IMG/VR virus record: IMGVR_UViG_3300017593_002054
Source of the DNA: a virus
Reading direction: 5' to 3' (one strand)
DNA length: 64,000 nt
The position numbers and the translations under genes are program-made. The notes under the pieces were generated by a model. It saw only the letters and a list, made by a program, of their open reading frames with translations, ran no database searches and was not told where the DNA came from. The first letter of the stretch is position 1; every line of letters starts with the position of its first letter. Positions 1-8,728 of this stretch are shown in pieces.

Positions 1-356
1 TCCCAGCCAAGAATGCTACCAGATATTCAATCATCTTTTTCCTCCTTAATTCTTTCTTTCATCCATTTCTCCACTGCAATTTTGCATTCGGGCAGGCTTC
101 GGGGGTCATATAACACGTCAAATGCTTCATCCAGTGACTTGTAATGCCCATGCACAGTGCCACACATCGGGCATACATTGCGTCTCGGCTCCTGAATCCT
201 TATGATGATGTCCCCTCCGTTGTGAAGTGCAGCAAGGTTGCTTGCATAATCCTCCTTAGACATTATACCCTCTTTTCCGAGATAATCCAGAATGCTCTCA
301 AGCAGGGTTTTAACATCATTAATATCCTCTATTTCTATGCCAGCCATATTTATCTA

Positions 357-2147
357 TCAATCAACTTCTTCTCCTCTTTCCTCCTCTTCTTCCTCTTTCT
401 TACCCTTAAACTTTCTGAGTTTATCAATTGGAATTTTACGCTTGTAAGCCATTACCACAATTACAAGGAGAATTAATGCTGCAACAACACCCACGATATT
501 ATTCATTCCCCCTCCGCTCTTTCCATGGATTGTTATGGATGTGCTTGCCTCAGAATAATAGCCTTTTTCATCTGTTGTCAGAGTATATGTGCCTGTCGTC
601 TCAGGAACCCACAATCCTGTGCCGTCTGTCAATACAACGGTGCTTGGCTTTCCGCTTGGTGAACGAATGTTTATGTGGTCTATATCTGTGATAACTCCAT
701 CACTACCCATAACATACACCTGCAATTGCTGTCCTGTGGTTGCATCTGTCACCCTGTTGTCCTTTGCGTCATACACTGCTATTGTCGGCATCTCATAGAC
801 ATCGAAGGAGGCACCACCCGATGATGTGTCGGTGGTGGCTGATACAGTGTATTTGCCCTTAGAGGTCGGCTTGAATGTATATTCACCTGATGACGTGTCA
901 ACAACATGCTGCCCCCCGCCGTCTATCGTTATCGTTGCGCCTGCATCCGTCTTTATTGTCACATATGTGTTCACCATTGCTTTATCAGGAACAACTATAC
1001 TCATCTGCTTTTTGTTGACTGTTACATCTTTCTGAGCGGTCGCCCCATGATAACTTGCAATGAAACGGTAACTTCCTACCGTATCGAATGTGAAGTATAA
1101 CTGTCCCATTGTATTGGTGTTGTATTCAGTCATACCGCCGTCAGGCATGTAGACGGAGATTGGGCAATTGGGAACTGCATTTCCATCAGCCCTGACAGTT
1201 ATCCACTTCTTGTCGCCTATTGTCACCGTGGCAGTAACATCAATTGATAGCGATGTTTCCTCCTCTCCGCCTCCATCTTCAGCATTTACCTGAACGGTAG
1301 CATTTGCTGTCATGCCGTTGTATTCTGCGCTGAACTGCCATACGCCCTTTTTATCGAAATTGAGAGCTATCCTGCCGTTGTCATCTGTAATTTTAAAGTA
1401 GTTGTTGCCACCCGGCTCTGTAATATCCACTGTAGCATTTGGCACAGGTACGCTGTCAAGGAGAAGTGTCACATGGGAACTTGTGCCGACATCAAGGTTG
1501 TTGGGAGCTGACAATTCAAGATGTTCCGAAGGTTTTTCCCCTTCAATGGTGAATACCGTTCTTGTGTGAAATGTATCGCCGTTGAATACTGCCACAGCAT
1601 CACCGTAATCCTCAGCCGATAATTTGACAAATGCCATTCCCCATGTGATGATGAAATCATAGGCATTGCCCGAAGCAGGCACATAGACGTAGCCTGCACC
1701 GTTGACGTAGGGAGTGAGCAGGAAACCGACAGTGTCGCCGGGCTTGGGATTGTCATTAAGCATCTGGACTGTTATGTTGCCCATCATAGGAGTCAGCAAC
1801 ACAAACTGATTGAACTGGTTATTGCCCCATGTGTATGTGATGTAGCCGTGCTTGTCTTCCATCTGCGCTCCGATGGTGATTGTTTTGTTCTCAAACGGCT
1901 GTAATGTCACCGAAGGATAACTTATATACATATCAGATAGCACAGAGGATGGCTCTATGGTAACATTTATTGTCTTGTTCTCATCATTAGTCAGGGTTAT
2001 GTTTGTATTTGCCCAATCTCCATATTCTCCGTTCAATTCAACCCATGAAGGGCTGACAACAAGCGCTGATGCAGATGGCAGCGCCATCGTTCCGATCATT
2101 CCTAAAATTGCCAATACTATTACTGGCTTCCAACCAGATTTCATCAT
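357..2147 (-). CDS. Secreted, C-terminally anchored multi-Ig-like surface protein
   Basis: N-terminal signal peptide, repeated Thr/Val-rich beta-sandwich units (two with V(P)N..V...PGG...Y.T...G), C-terminal TM helix followed by YKRK and an acidic tail. Confidence 0.75.
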   Translation of the reverse strand: MMKSGWKPVIVLAILGMIGTMALPSASALVVSPSWVELNGEYGDWANTNITLTNDENKTINVTIEPSSVLSDMYISYPSVTLQPFENKTITIGAQMEDKHGYITYTWGNNQFNQFVLLTPMMGNITVQMLNDNPKPGDTVGFLLTPYVNGAGYVYVPASGNAYDFIITWGMAFVKLSAEDYGDAVAVFNGDTFHTRTVFTIEGEKPSEHLELSAPNNLDVGTSSHVTLLLDSVPVPNATVDITEPGGNNYFKITDDNGRIALNFDKKGVWQFSAEYNGMTANATVQVNAEDGGGEEETSLSIDVTATVTIGDKKWITVRADGNAVPNCPISVYMPDGGMTEYNTNTMGQLYFTFDTVGSYRFIASYHGATAQKDVTVNKKQMSIVVPDKAMVNTYVTIKTDAGATITIDGGGQHVVDTSSGEYTFKPTSKGKYTVSATTDTSSGGASFDVYEMPTIAVYDAKDNRVTDATTGQQLQVYVMGSDGVITDIDHINIRSPSGKPSTVVLTDGTGLWVPETTGTYTLTTDEKGYYSEASTSITIHGKSGGGMNNIVGVVAALILLVIVVMAYKRKIPIDKLRKFKGKKEEEEEERGEEVD

Positions 2148-2182
2148 GATTGTAAATGTTTAAAGGGTATATAAAAATTTGC

Positions 2183-2204
2183 TTGTATCACACAGGTTTA
2201 AATA
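2183..2204 (+). promoter_or_regulatory. TGTATCAC-TATA promoter motif copy 1
   Basis: TTGTATCACACAGGTTTAAATA; ATG at 2226 is 21 nt downstream. Confidence 0.8.
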
Positions 2205-2225
2205 TGAGAATTAAGATTAAAGAAT

Positions 2226-2630
2226 ATGGAGTTACCCGAATTGAATACAGGAGAGTGTGAAGAAGTAGAGTTGGCTATTAAAGATATTGCAGATATTTGT
2301 TCTGAGCTTGGAGGAATATTTGATGTGGAAGAGCTTGCTGATGGTGCATCTGCCTTTTGCAATCTACGGGACAAAATGAATTTAAACTTTAAGTATGAGA
2401 TAAAACCACATGAGCCCTGTAAGTCTAAATTAGAAATCGAAGCGGGAAGCTATCGTGATAAACCAGAGTTCCAAATATTGATTGGAGAACCCACCATTTA
2501 CTATGATGATGACGACAAAAGGATGGTGGTAGAATCTAGAGAAATACATGCATCTCTTAGCAAATATGGCAGACTTAACATTATTGATAGCGCACTGGAT
2601 AATTATTATAGAAGACAATCACAATACTAA
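2226..2630 (+). CDS. Hypothetical acidic protein
   Basis: 134-aa ORF directly behind motif promoter. Confidence 0.7.
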   Translation: MELPELNTGECEEVELAIKDIADICSELGGIFDVEELADGASAFCNLRDKMNLNFKYEIKPHEPCKSKLEIEAGSYRDKPEFQILIGEPTIYYDDDDKRMVVESREIHASLSKYGRLNIIDSALDNYYRRQSQY

Positions 2631-2719
2631 TTGCTATATAAATTGGTTCTCTATCCTTCTTTGGCTTCTGGTTGCTATAAAAGGTGAAACCATTATATAT
2701 TACTTTTCGTTTATTTTTT

Positions 2720-3682
2720 ATGGAAAGATGGCTGTTGCCACTGATTGCTGTCATGCTGATACCTGTTGCGAGCGCAGGGGGAGATGGAGGGGGAACTGTA
2801 GAAGGTTTTGCTGAGATAACAGGCGAACCTTACTCAGGCGTTGTAGGCGTGCCAATAAACTTTACGTCAGTCATAACAGGCGGTGTTGCACCATACACAT
2901 GGAACTGGTCATTCGGTGACGGAGGATATGGCAATACACAGAATGTGAGTCATAACTACACGGCGCCAAGCGCATATACTGTAACGCTAAATGTCACAGA
3001 TGCTACGGGCAATTACTCAATAGATAGAATAATATGCAATGTGTATGACATATCAAATAATCCACCGGTTGTCGATTTTTCATGGAGCCCGCTATATCCT
3101 GTTGCTGGTCAACTTGTTAAATTCACTGACTTATCTCATGATTATGATGGTAACATTGTATCATGGAACTGGGATTTTGGAAACGGAAAACATGATAGTT
3201 TCAGGAATCCAACTACAAGGTATAACGAGGCTGGCATATATGTTGTGAAGCTTACAATAACAGATAATGACGGCGCATCATCGAGCATTACAAATATGGT
3301 AACAGTATATGATAAAGAACAGCCTGAAGTCAACTACACGCTGATTGTATATGTAAGCAATACACATGATAACCCTATAGCAAATGCAAAGGTATCAATA
3401 TCAAATGAAACAGGAGTTACACACCAAGGTTACACAAATGAAAACGGTAGCATAAAATTTTATGATATATCAGGGTACACCGTTATAACGGCAGAGAAAA
3501 AGGGATATACGGCTCACTCAACAGAGTTATACATTGATAAAGATACATCTGTTGTAATAACACTTGAAGGGAAGGCAGCACCGCAATGGTGGATTATAGT
3601 GCCGATAATGCTGGTTGCAGTTATCGGAGGTTACATATATAAGAAAAAGGCAATAATTGTATCACACAGGTTTAAATATTAA
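2720..3682 (+). CDS. PKD-domain surface protein (2 PKD + carboxypeptidase-regulatory-like domain + TM)
   Basis: Signal peptide MERWLLPLIAVMLIPVASA (start chosen at 2720); WNWSFGDG and WNWDFGNG PKD motifs; C-terminal TM + KKK. Confidence 0.85.
   Translation: MERWLLPLIAVMLIPVASAGGDGGGTVEGFAEITGEPYSGVVGVPINFTSVITGGVAPYTWNWSFGDGGYGNTQNVSHNYTAPSAYTVTLNVTDATGNYSIDRIICNVYDISNNPPVVDFSWSPLYPVAGQLVKFTDLSHDYDGNIVSWNWDFGNGKHDSFRNPTTRYNEAGIYVVKLTITDNDGASSSITNMVTVYDKEQPEVNYTLIVYVSNTHDNPIANAKVSISNETGVTHQGYTNENGSIKFYDISGYTVITAEKKGYTAHSTELYIDKDTSVVITLEGKAAPQWWIIVPIMLVAVIGGYIYKKKAIIVSHRFKY
3657..3678 (+). promoter_or_regulatory. TGTATCAC-TATA promoter motif copy 2 (inside 3' end of upstream CDS)
   Basis: TTGTATCACACAGGTTTAAATA, identical to copy 1; ATG at 3699. 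Confidence 0.8.
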
Positions 3683-3698
3683 TATCAGTTTTATCAGC

Positions 3699-4211
3699 AT
3701 GGTAGAACATATTGATAAACAGAGTGCAGATAAAATATTCCGGATTTTGGATAAAAGATTTGGAAAGGATAGATGGAGCGCTGGTGTTTATATACCCTAC
3801 TGGCACAAAAACGATGATGGCAATATTGTAATAAAAGTGGATATCGGCGGAAAGAAAGTAGAAAGTATGCCCGAAGCTGACTTTTATCAGGAATATTTTA
3901 GCATACATGAGACAAGAAAGCTTGAGATTTCTCCTGATGGAAATATTGTAAAAGATATGGCGGAATTAAAAGTTGAAGACTACCCAAAGCCAGCATCTAA
4001 AGTAAAATGTCGTATAGATACTATATTCGGTTTAGAATGTGAAGTTGATGATAAATACTTCTATGACGATGCGCACCGTTTAGATTTTGATGGAGAAGTT
4101 GATATTGACCCTGATTTTATCGGAAAGTTGAATGTTGATATCGAAGCGTACTTAAAAGAGGGATATTGTGAAGTAATGCCGGGTAACACACTACGGTGTT
4201 ATAAATCATAA
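3699..4211 (+). CDS. Hypothetical protein with C-terminal 4-Cys beta domain
   Basis: ORF after motif; VKCR..GLECEV ... YCEV..GNTLRC pattern shared with 30845, 32713, 33925. Confidence 0.65.
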   Translation: MVEHIDKQSADKIFRILDKRFGKDRWSAGVYIPYWHKNDDGNIVIKVDIGGKKVESMPEADFYQEYFSIHETRKLEISPDGNIVKDMAELKVEDYPKPASKVKCRIDTIFGLECEVDDKYFYDDAHRLDFDGEVDIDPDFIGKLNVDIEAYLKEGYCEVMPGNTLRCYKS

Positions 4212-5285
4212 CTTCTTAACTATTATTGCTACAATAATTACTACAATTATCCACTGCCACACTCTGAGTATCCAGAATTTCTGCATATACCAGTGTTCTG
4301 ATGGATTGGGCATCATATTTCTTATGTTTACAATCTGAGAGTATGTGGCGCTCATGCCGTCATTGTCAGTGACTTTCAGTGTTATTCTGTGTAATCCTGT
4401 TTCGTTATAGACATATTCTGCAACAACACCCATGTCATCATACATCCCGTCATCATCAAAGTCCCACTGGTAACTCACAACCTGTCCATCTGGATCATAT
4501 GACTTGGAAGCATTGACGGTAACATCGTTATACCATGCAGTATATGTGAATAGCGCAACAGGGGATTTACCAATCGCAATGTTGATGTTAAGAGAATGGC
4601 ATCGTGAGGGGTGCATTGCGCCACCGCTTCCTCCTCCCCCTGTCGTGTTTATTGCAATTATTATGGGTATGTGAAATGTCCCGGAATATAAACTCACCTT
4701 TGTTCCTTTAGGATGATGAACTGCAATACTGCCAAAATCACCGTGTACCAATCCTGAGAATGATGTATCATTTTTGCTGTTATACTTTATGTATTCATCC
4801 TCTATTTTAACAACTCCGGATATGGGAAATGATGATACATCATAGCACTTCATGGAAGCATCATCCGGCAGCAAATCCTCCGAAAGCTGGGTTTCTATGA
4901 CTGTCGGATAGTACACAACTGCTTTCATCTCTGCGGTGGTGAACGCCTGCACCTGCACTTCCTGTGATGGATTTGGATTATTAACATGGCTGGCAACCTG
5001 TATCCAGTCAGATGACAGGTCTGGTCGTAAGTATAAGTCCATATACCACCCCGAACCGTCAATGAGCCAGGGGGAATAGTCATCTCCCACCACTTTCAGG
5101 TAGATGTTGCCTGTGATGTTGATTTTGAAATCGCTTGTGGTCTCAACCACTCCGCTCAGGTCTCCCATTTTGCAGTAAATGTTGTCACTGGTATACTTCT
5201 TTTCAAACCACCATGCATTGGCAGACGGCAGAATGAATAATGCCAGTATGATTAGAATTAGCCACTTCTTACTCATCTCAATCAC
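4206..5285 (-). CDS. Secreted PKD-domain protein with C-terminal TM
   Basis: Signal peptide; SKSYDPDGQVVSYQWDFDDDG PKD motif; TM + KKL. Confidence 0.8.
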   Translation of the reverse strand: MIEMSKKWLILIILALFILPSANAWWFEKKYTSDNIYCKMGDLSGVVETTSDFKINITGNIYLKVVGDDYSPWLIDGSGWYMDLYLRPDLSSDWIQVASHVNNPNPSQEVQVQAFTTAEMKAVVYYPTVIETQLSEDLLPDDASMKCYDVSSFPISGVVKIEDEYIKYNSKNDTSFSGLVHGDFGSIAVHHPKGTKVSLYSGTFHIPIIIAINTTGGGGSGGAMHPSRCHSLNINIAIGKSPVALFTYTAWYNDVTVNASKSYDPDGQVVSYQWDFDDDGMYDDMGVVAEYVYNETGLHRITLKVTDNDGMSATYSQIVNIRNMMPNPSEHWYMQKFWILRVWQWIIVVIIVAIIVKKL

Positions 5286-5335
5286 CTTTATTTATGAACA
5301 TGATTGTTATACCTACTGATTTAATTTCACTTACA

Positions 5336-5479
5336 TTACTTGACATTTTCTGCCTCCAATCCAGCCTTCAGCAGATGGCGGGCGCCATCGCTCCAGTTCT
5401 TATAACCGTTACTCTTGCAAAAGTCACATATACTGTCATACAATTCCTGTGATAATCTTAGCGTCTTTCTAACTTCCAC
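5336..5479 (-). CDS. Small ribbon-helix-helix regulator (not in ORF track)
   Basis: GTG start, MEVRKTLRLSQELYDSICDFCKSNGYKNWSDGARHLLKAGL; TATATAAA ~22 nt upstream. Confidence 0.65.
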   Translation of the reverse strand: MEVRKTLRLSQELYDSICDFCKSNGYKNWSDGARHLLKAGLEAENVK

Positions 5480-5518
5480 AATTGGTAATTGTCAGACACT
5501 TTATATACATTTCTATTT

Positions 5519-6532
5519 TTACGATGGTGATGTCACAGTGAATGTGAATGACTGGGAGTAATTGCCAACCGGTGTAGCAGCAGGAATGTCTATCTCATGT
5601 TTCACCCATGATATTACCTGAGATGATTCTCCATGAGTTACCGTCATCTCGCTCGGATTCTGACCTGTGCCTGCCGATGACCAGCCACCGACAGATGCAG
5701 GTGTTGCTGCTTCGCCTTCAAAAACTTCCAAGTTGGTTAATGGTATGGTATTGCTTCCATTTACCAGATTTGCACCATTCCATGTTACTGTTACGCCGGC
5801 ATTAGCAGTTCCATCATTTGTCGCTTTCAAATAATTTTTTGAGGGGACATCTGTATCCCCTGAGCTTGCTGACCAGTTACCCCAGTAGTAATCTGTCGTA
5901 TTCTGGCTGCCGTCTGATGCATAATATGCCTGCAATACATCAACATCGGCATAGTTGTATACAGTAACCGTATCTGTATCAGTCGCCGTACTGCCTGCCG
6001 AATCCTTTATCTCTGCCTGCCATGTGTATACATTTGATGTGGCAGCGCCATTCGCCGGGTCATCTCCATTATCAAACGTATGCTTGAATTTAAATGTCAG
6101 ATAACCATTGTCAGCCGTTCCATTATCATATCCGTGTATTGAATTTTCCTGAAATCCCGGGTCTGATGAATTGCTACGGTCTGAGGAAGATATCTGATGA
6201 CTCATCCATGCAGTTCCATCTTCCAGCGTTCTGCCCTCAGTTATGCTCACATTAATCCAAGTCATATCATCCTCACCGTTTGCATCGTATACAACAACAG
6301 TTACCTCTATGTAGTCATCACCGTCATCATTTAGCTCGGATGTGGGTGAACCTCCTGTGGTGTGATAATTTGTTTCAGTCCCCTGATTTGGATAACTTTG
6401 AATGCTGATAGAAATAACCTGTGGCGCAGTATTTGTAACATTACCGCCACCAGTTAGCGCCATTACCGAAGGCAAAGCTGGAGATATTACAATGATTGCT
6501 ATAAGTATGGCTATAAGCGCATTACTCTTCAT
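5519..6532 (-). CDS. Secreted protein, WxL/TasA-pilin-like C-terminal domain; paralog of 7457-8728
   Basis: Signal peptide, no C-terminal TM; WGNWSA..GDT.V..KATN.G block and GNYSQSFTFTVT terminus shared with 7457-8728. Confidence 0.55.
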   Translation of the reverse strand: MKSNALIAILIAIIVISPALPSVMALTGGGNVTNTAPQVISISIQSYPNQGTETNYHTTGGSPTSELNDDGDDYIEVTVVVYDANGEDDMTWINVSITEGRTLEDGTAWMSHQISSSDRSNSSDPGFQENSIHGYDNGTADNGYLTFKFKHTFDNGDDPANGAATSNVYTWQAEIKDSAGSTATDTDTVTVYNYADVDVLQAYYASDGSQNTTDYYWGNWSASSGDTDVPSKNYLKATNDGTANAGVTVTWNGANLVNGSNTIPLTNLEVFEGEAATPASVGGWSSAGTGQNPSEMTVTHGESSQVISWVKHEIDIPAATPVGNYSQSFTFTVTSPS

Positions 6533-6538
6533 TATATT

Positions 6539-7444
6539 TCAAATACGCCTTTTGTTTATAAATGTATGTGATACGGCAATTGCAATTGCAATCAGTATTA
6601 CAGAAAATCCGGGTGTACTGTTTCCCTCTATGTGCATTTTCACGGTGTATGATGATTGAGCATTATCATCATCCCATACTGTGAGAGTGACATTGTAATC
6701 CCCTGATTTTTTATATTCATGGACTGGATTTTGCTCACTGCTCGTTATTCCATCACCGAAGTCCCATGACCATGAGATTATGGTGCCATCCATGTCAACC
6801 GATTTGTCATAAAACTGTATGGATTCCCCGGCATCTGCAATGTTGCTTTTCACAACAAACACGGCATCTGGTGGCTTGTTGTTTCTGACAGATATTATTT
6901 CAGTTTTGTTGCTGCTGGCATTATCATCATCCCATACTGTGAGAGTAATGTTGTAATTGCCGGGTTCTATGAATGCATGAGTGAAGTATTTATCATATGA
7001 TGTGACTCCATCACCAAGTTGCCATCGCCATCGTATGATAATGCCATCTGGGTCGTATGATTTATCAGTGAATATAATCGGGTCGAATGGCTTGGTATAG
7101 TCGTCATTCCATGTGAAATGCACCACAGGGGGCGTGTTGTCTACCTCTATTGTTATATTGTACTGGTATACTGCCGACCGGTTATCTATAACTGTCAGAA
7201 TGACGGTGTAATTTCCGTTGTCAGAGTAGCGGTGATATGGTGATGGTTCAGATGAAAAGTTACCATCGCCAAAGTCCCACAGGTAGGATACCGGCACTAT
7301 GGATGCATTGATTGAGAAGTGGATGCTTGTTGTTGTTGTTGGATTTTCGGGAATGTATGTAAAAGATATGGCGCAGGCGGATGGAATTAACATGGCTGAT
7401 ATCAATGTTAGCATGACTATTGACTTCACAGTAATATATCGCAA
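6539..7444 (-). CDS. Triple PKD protein with PGF-CTERM-like sorting signal
   Basis: Three W.(F/L)GDG PKD repeats; ends STPGF + hydrophobic helix + KRR, the archaeosortase A signal pattern. Confidence 0.8.
   Translation of the reverse strand: MRYITVKSIVMLTLISAMLIPSACAISFTYIPENPTTTTSIHFSINASIVPVSYLWDFGDGNFSSEPSPYHRYSDNGNYTVILTVIDNRSAVYQYNITIEVDNTPPVVHFTWNDDYTKPFDPIIFTDKSYDPDGIIIRWRWQLGDGVTSYDKYFTHAFIEPGNYNITLTVWDDDNASSNKTEIISVRNNKPPDAVFVVKSNIADAGESIQFYDKSVDMDGTIISWSWDFGDGITSSEQNPVHEYKKSGDYNVTLTVWDDDNAQSSYTVKMHIEGNSTPGFSVILIAIAIAVSHTFINKRRI
6555..6576 (-). promoter_or_regulatory. TGTATCAC-TATA motif copy 3, embedded in the upstream CDS
   Basis: CCGTATCACATACATTTATAAA on minus strand; ATG at 6532 is 22 nt downstream. 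Confidence 0.75.
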
Positions 7445-7456
7445 TTAAATATATAA

Positions 7457-8728
7457 CTATGTTGCAGTCCATGTGAATGACTGGGTGTATGTTCCTGATG
7501 GCACTGCACCAATATTTTGTATCTCATAATATAACCACAATGTTGATTGGGCGGGCACAGTTACCTGAAATGTATTATCACTGTCAACGGCTGAGAATAC
7601 CCAGTTGAATGAGCCGAATTTAAATTCCGAAACCAAACCAATAATAGTGATTGAATTGAATTTCATTCTTGCCCGTGTGACGACTTGTGTAGATCCTATG
7701 GGCAAGTCGTTCCATGCATCGTGGGTTATGGTTCCATTATATATGTTGTGCCATTCCCCTGAATAGTATACATCAACAGTTACATTTGCATCAAGTCTGT
7801 TGGAACCGTCATAGTCGCATGCATATAGTCTTACGTTGTTGCATGATATAGAACTATTTAAATACCACACAATGTAACTACCTGCGTAGTGGTAGTCTAT
7901 AGTTGCACCATCATGTATATTGTCGTTGTATGTCTTGTCTATGCTAGAGTAAACGCCATCTGGGTCATCAGCCCATTCCGGAGATGTATCAGATGCGTTT
8001 TTGGGGCTGTTTGCTACACCGTAAACATACCGTATGTTGTTACTAATATCAATCTGATTAGTACCATTTGAAAAATATCCAGCATTCCATGATATAGTTG
8101 CAGTTCCATCAGCGCTTCCATTGTTTGTTGCCTTGATGAATGTCTGGGTTGCATCGCTGTAGTTTCCTACATTTGTGTCGCCGGGATTTGCTGACCAATT
8201 ACCCCATTTATGTGATACAGCATTGCCATCACAATTATATATGTTCTGGTCGCAGATGACATTTGCAGATTTAGCTATTTCGAAGGTGTGATTGCTTGCA
8301 GAATGGTTGAACGTGAGTACACCTGTTGCGTTTGTGGATTGAGCTTTCCAGAATGTGCCGTCAACCAATATTGAGTATTTCTCGCTGGTGTTAAGCCCTC
8401 CTATGGTATGGTTTACCTCGGTAGTTGCGCCCGTCGTGTTTATCATGTATTTTATGTCATTCGGCGGATTGTATATGTCAAGGTATACTGTTATGCTTCC
8501 TGCATCAGGTATATGCTTCAGTATGTTGCCGTTAAAGTATAAGGCGGTGCTTTCCACCCTTATTGAAGTCAGCGTGAGAGTTGTATTGACCGTGTACTGG
8601 GTGCTCAGACCGCTTGGGGAAAGATGGGTTCCTACCCCCACGTTCATGGCATTGACAGTTGATATGATTGATATAGCCAGAAACAGGCAGGCGATTGCCA
8701 AGATAAATTTATGTCTCGGTTTCATCAT
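7457..8728 (-). CDS. Secreted protein, paralog of 5519-6532 with an inserted ~120-aa beta domain
   Basis: Signal peptide; WGNWSANPGDTNV..FIKATNNG; C-terminus VPSGTYTQSFTWTAT. Confidence 0.55.
   Translation of the reverse strand: MMKPRHKFILAIACLFLAISIISTVNAMNVGVGTHLSPSGLSTQYTVNTTLTLTSIRVESTALYFNGNILKHIPDAGSITVYLDIYNPPNDIKYMINTTGATTEVNHTIGGLNTSEKYSILVDGTFWKAQSTNATGVLTFNHSASNHTFEIAKSANVICDQNIYNCDGNAVSHKWGNWSANPGDTNVGNYSDATQTFIKATNNGSADGTATISWNAGYFSNGTNQIDISNNIRYVYGVANSPKNASDTSPEWADDPDGVYSSIDKTYNDNIHDGATIDYHYAGSYIVWYLNSSISCNNVRLYACDYDGSNRLDANVTVDVYYSGEWHNIYNGTITHDAWNDLPIGSTQVVTRARMKFNSITIIGLVSEFKFGSFNWVFSAVDSDNTFQVTVPAQSTLWLYYEIQNIGAVPSGTYTQSFTWTAT

Noticed and set aside
8205-8222. Additional TGTATCAC motif copy on the minus strand
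   Set aside because: No TATA follows, and it lies mid-CDS.
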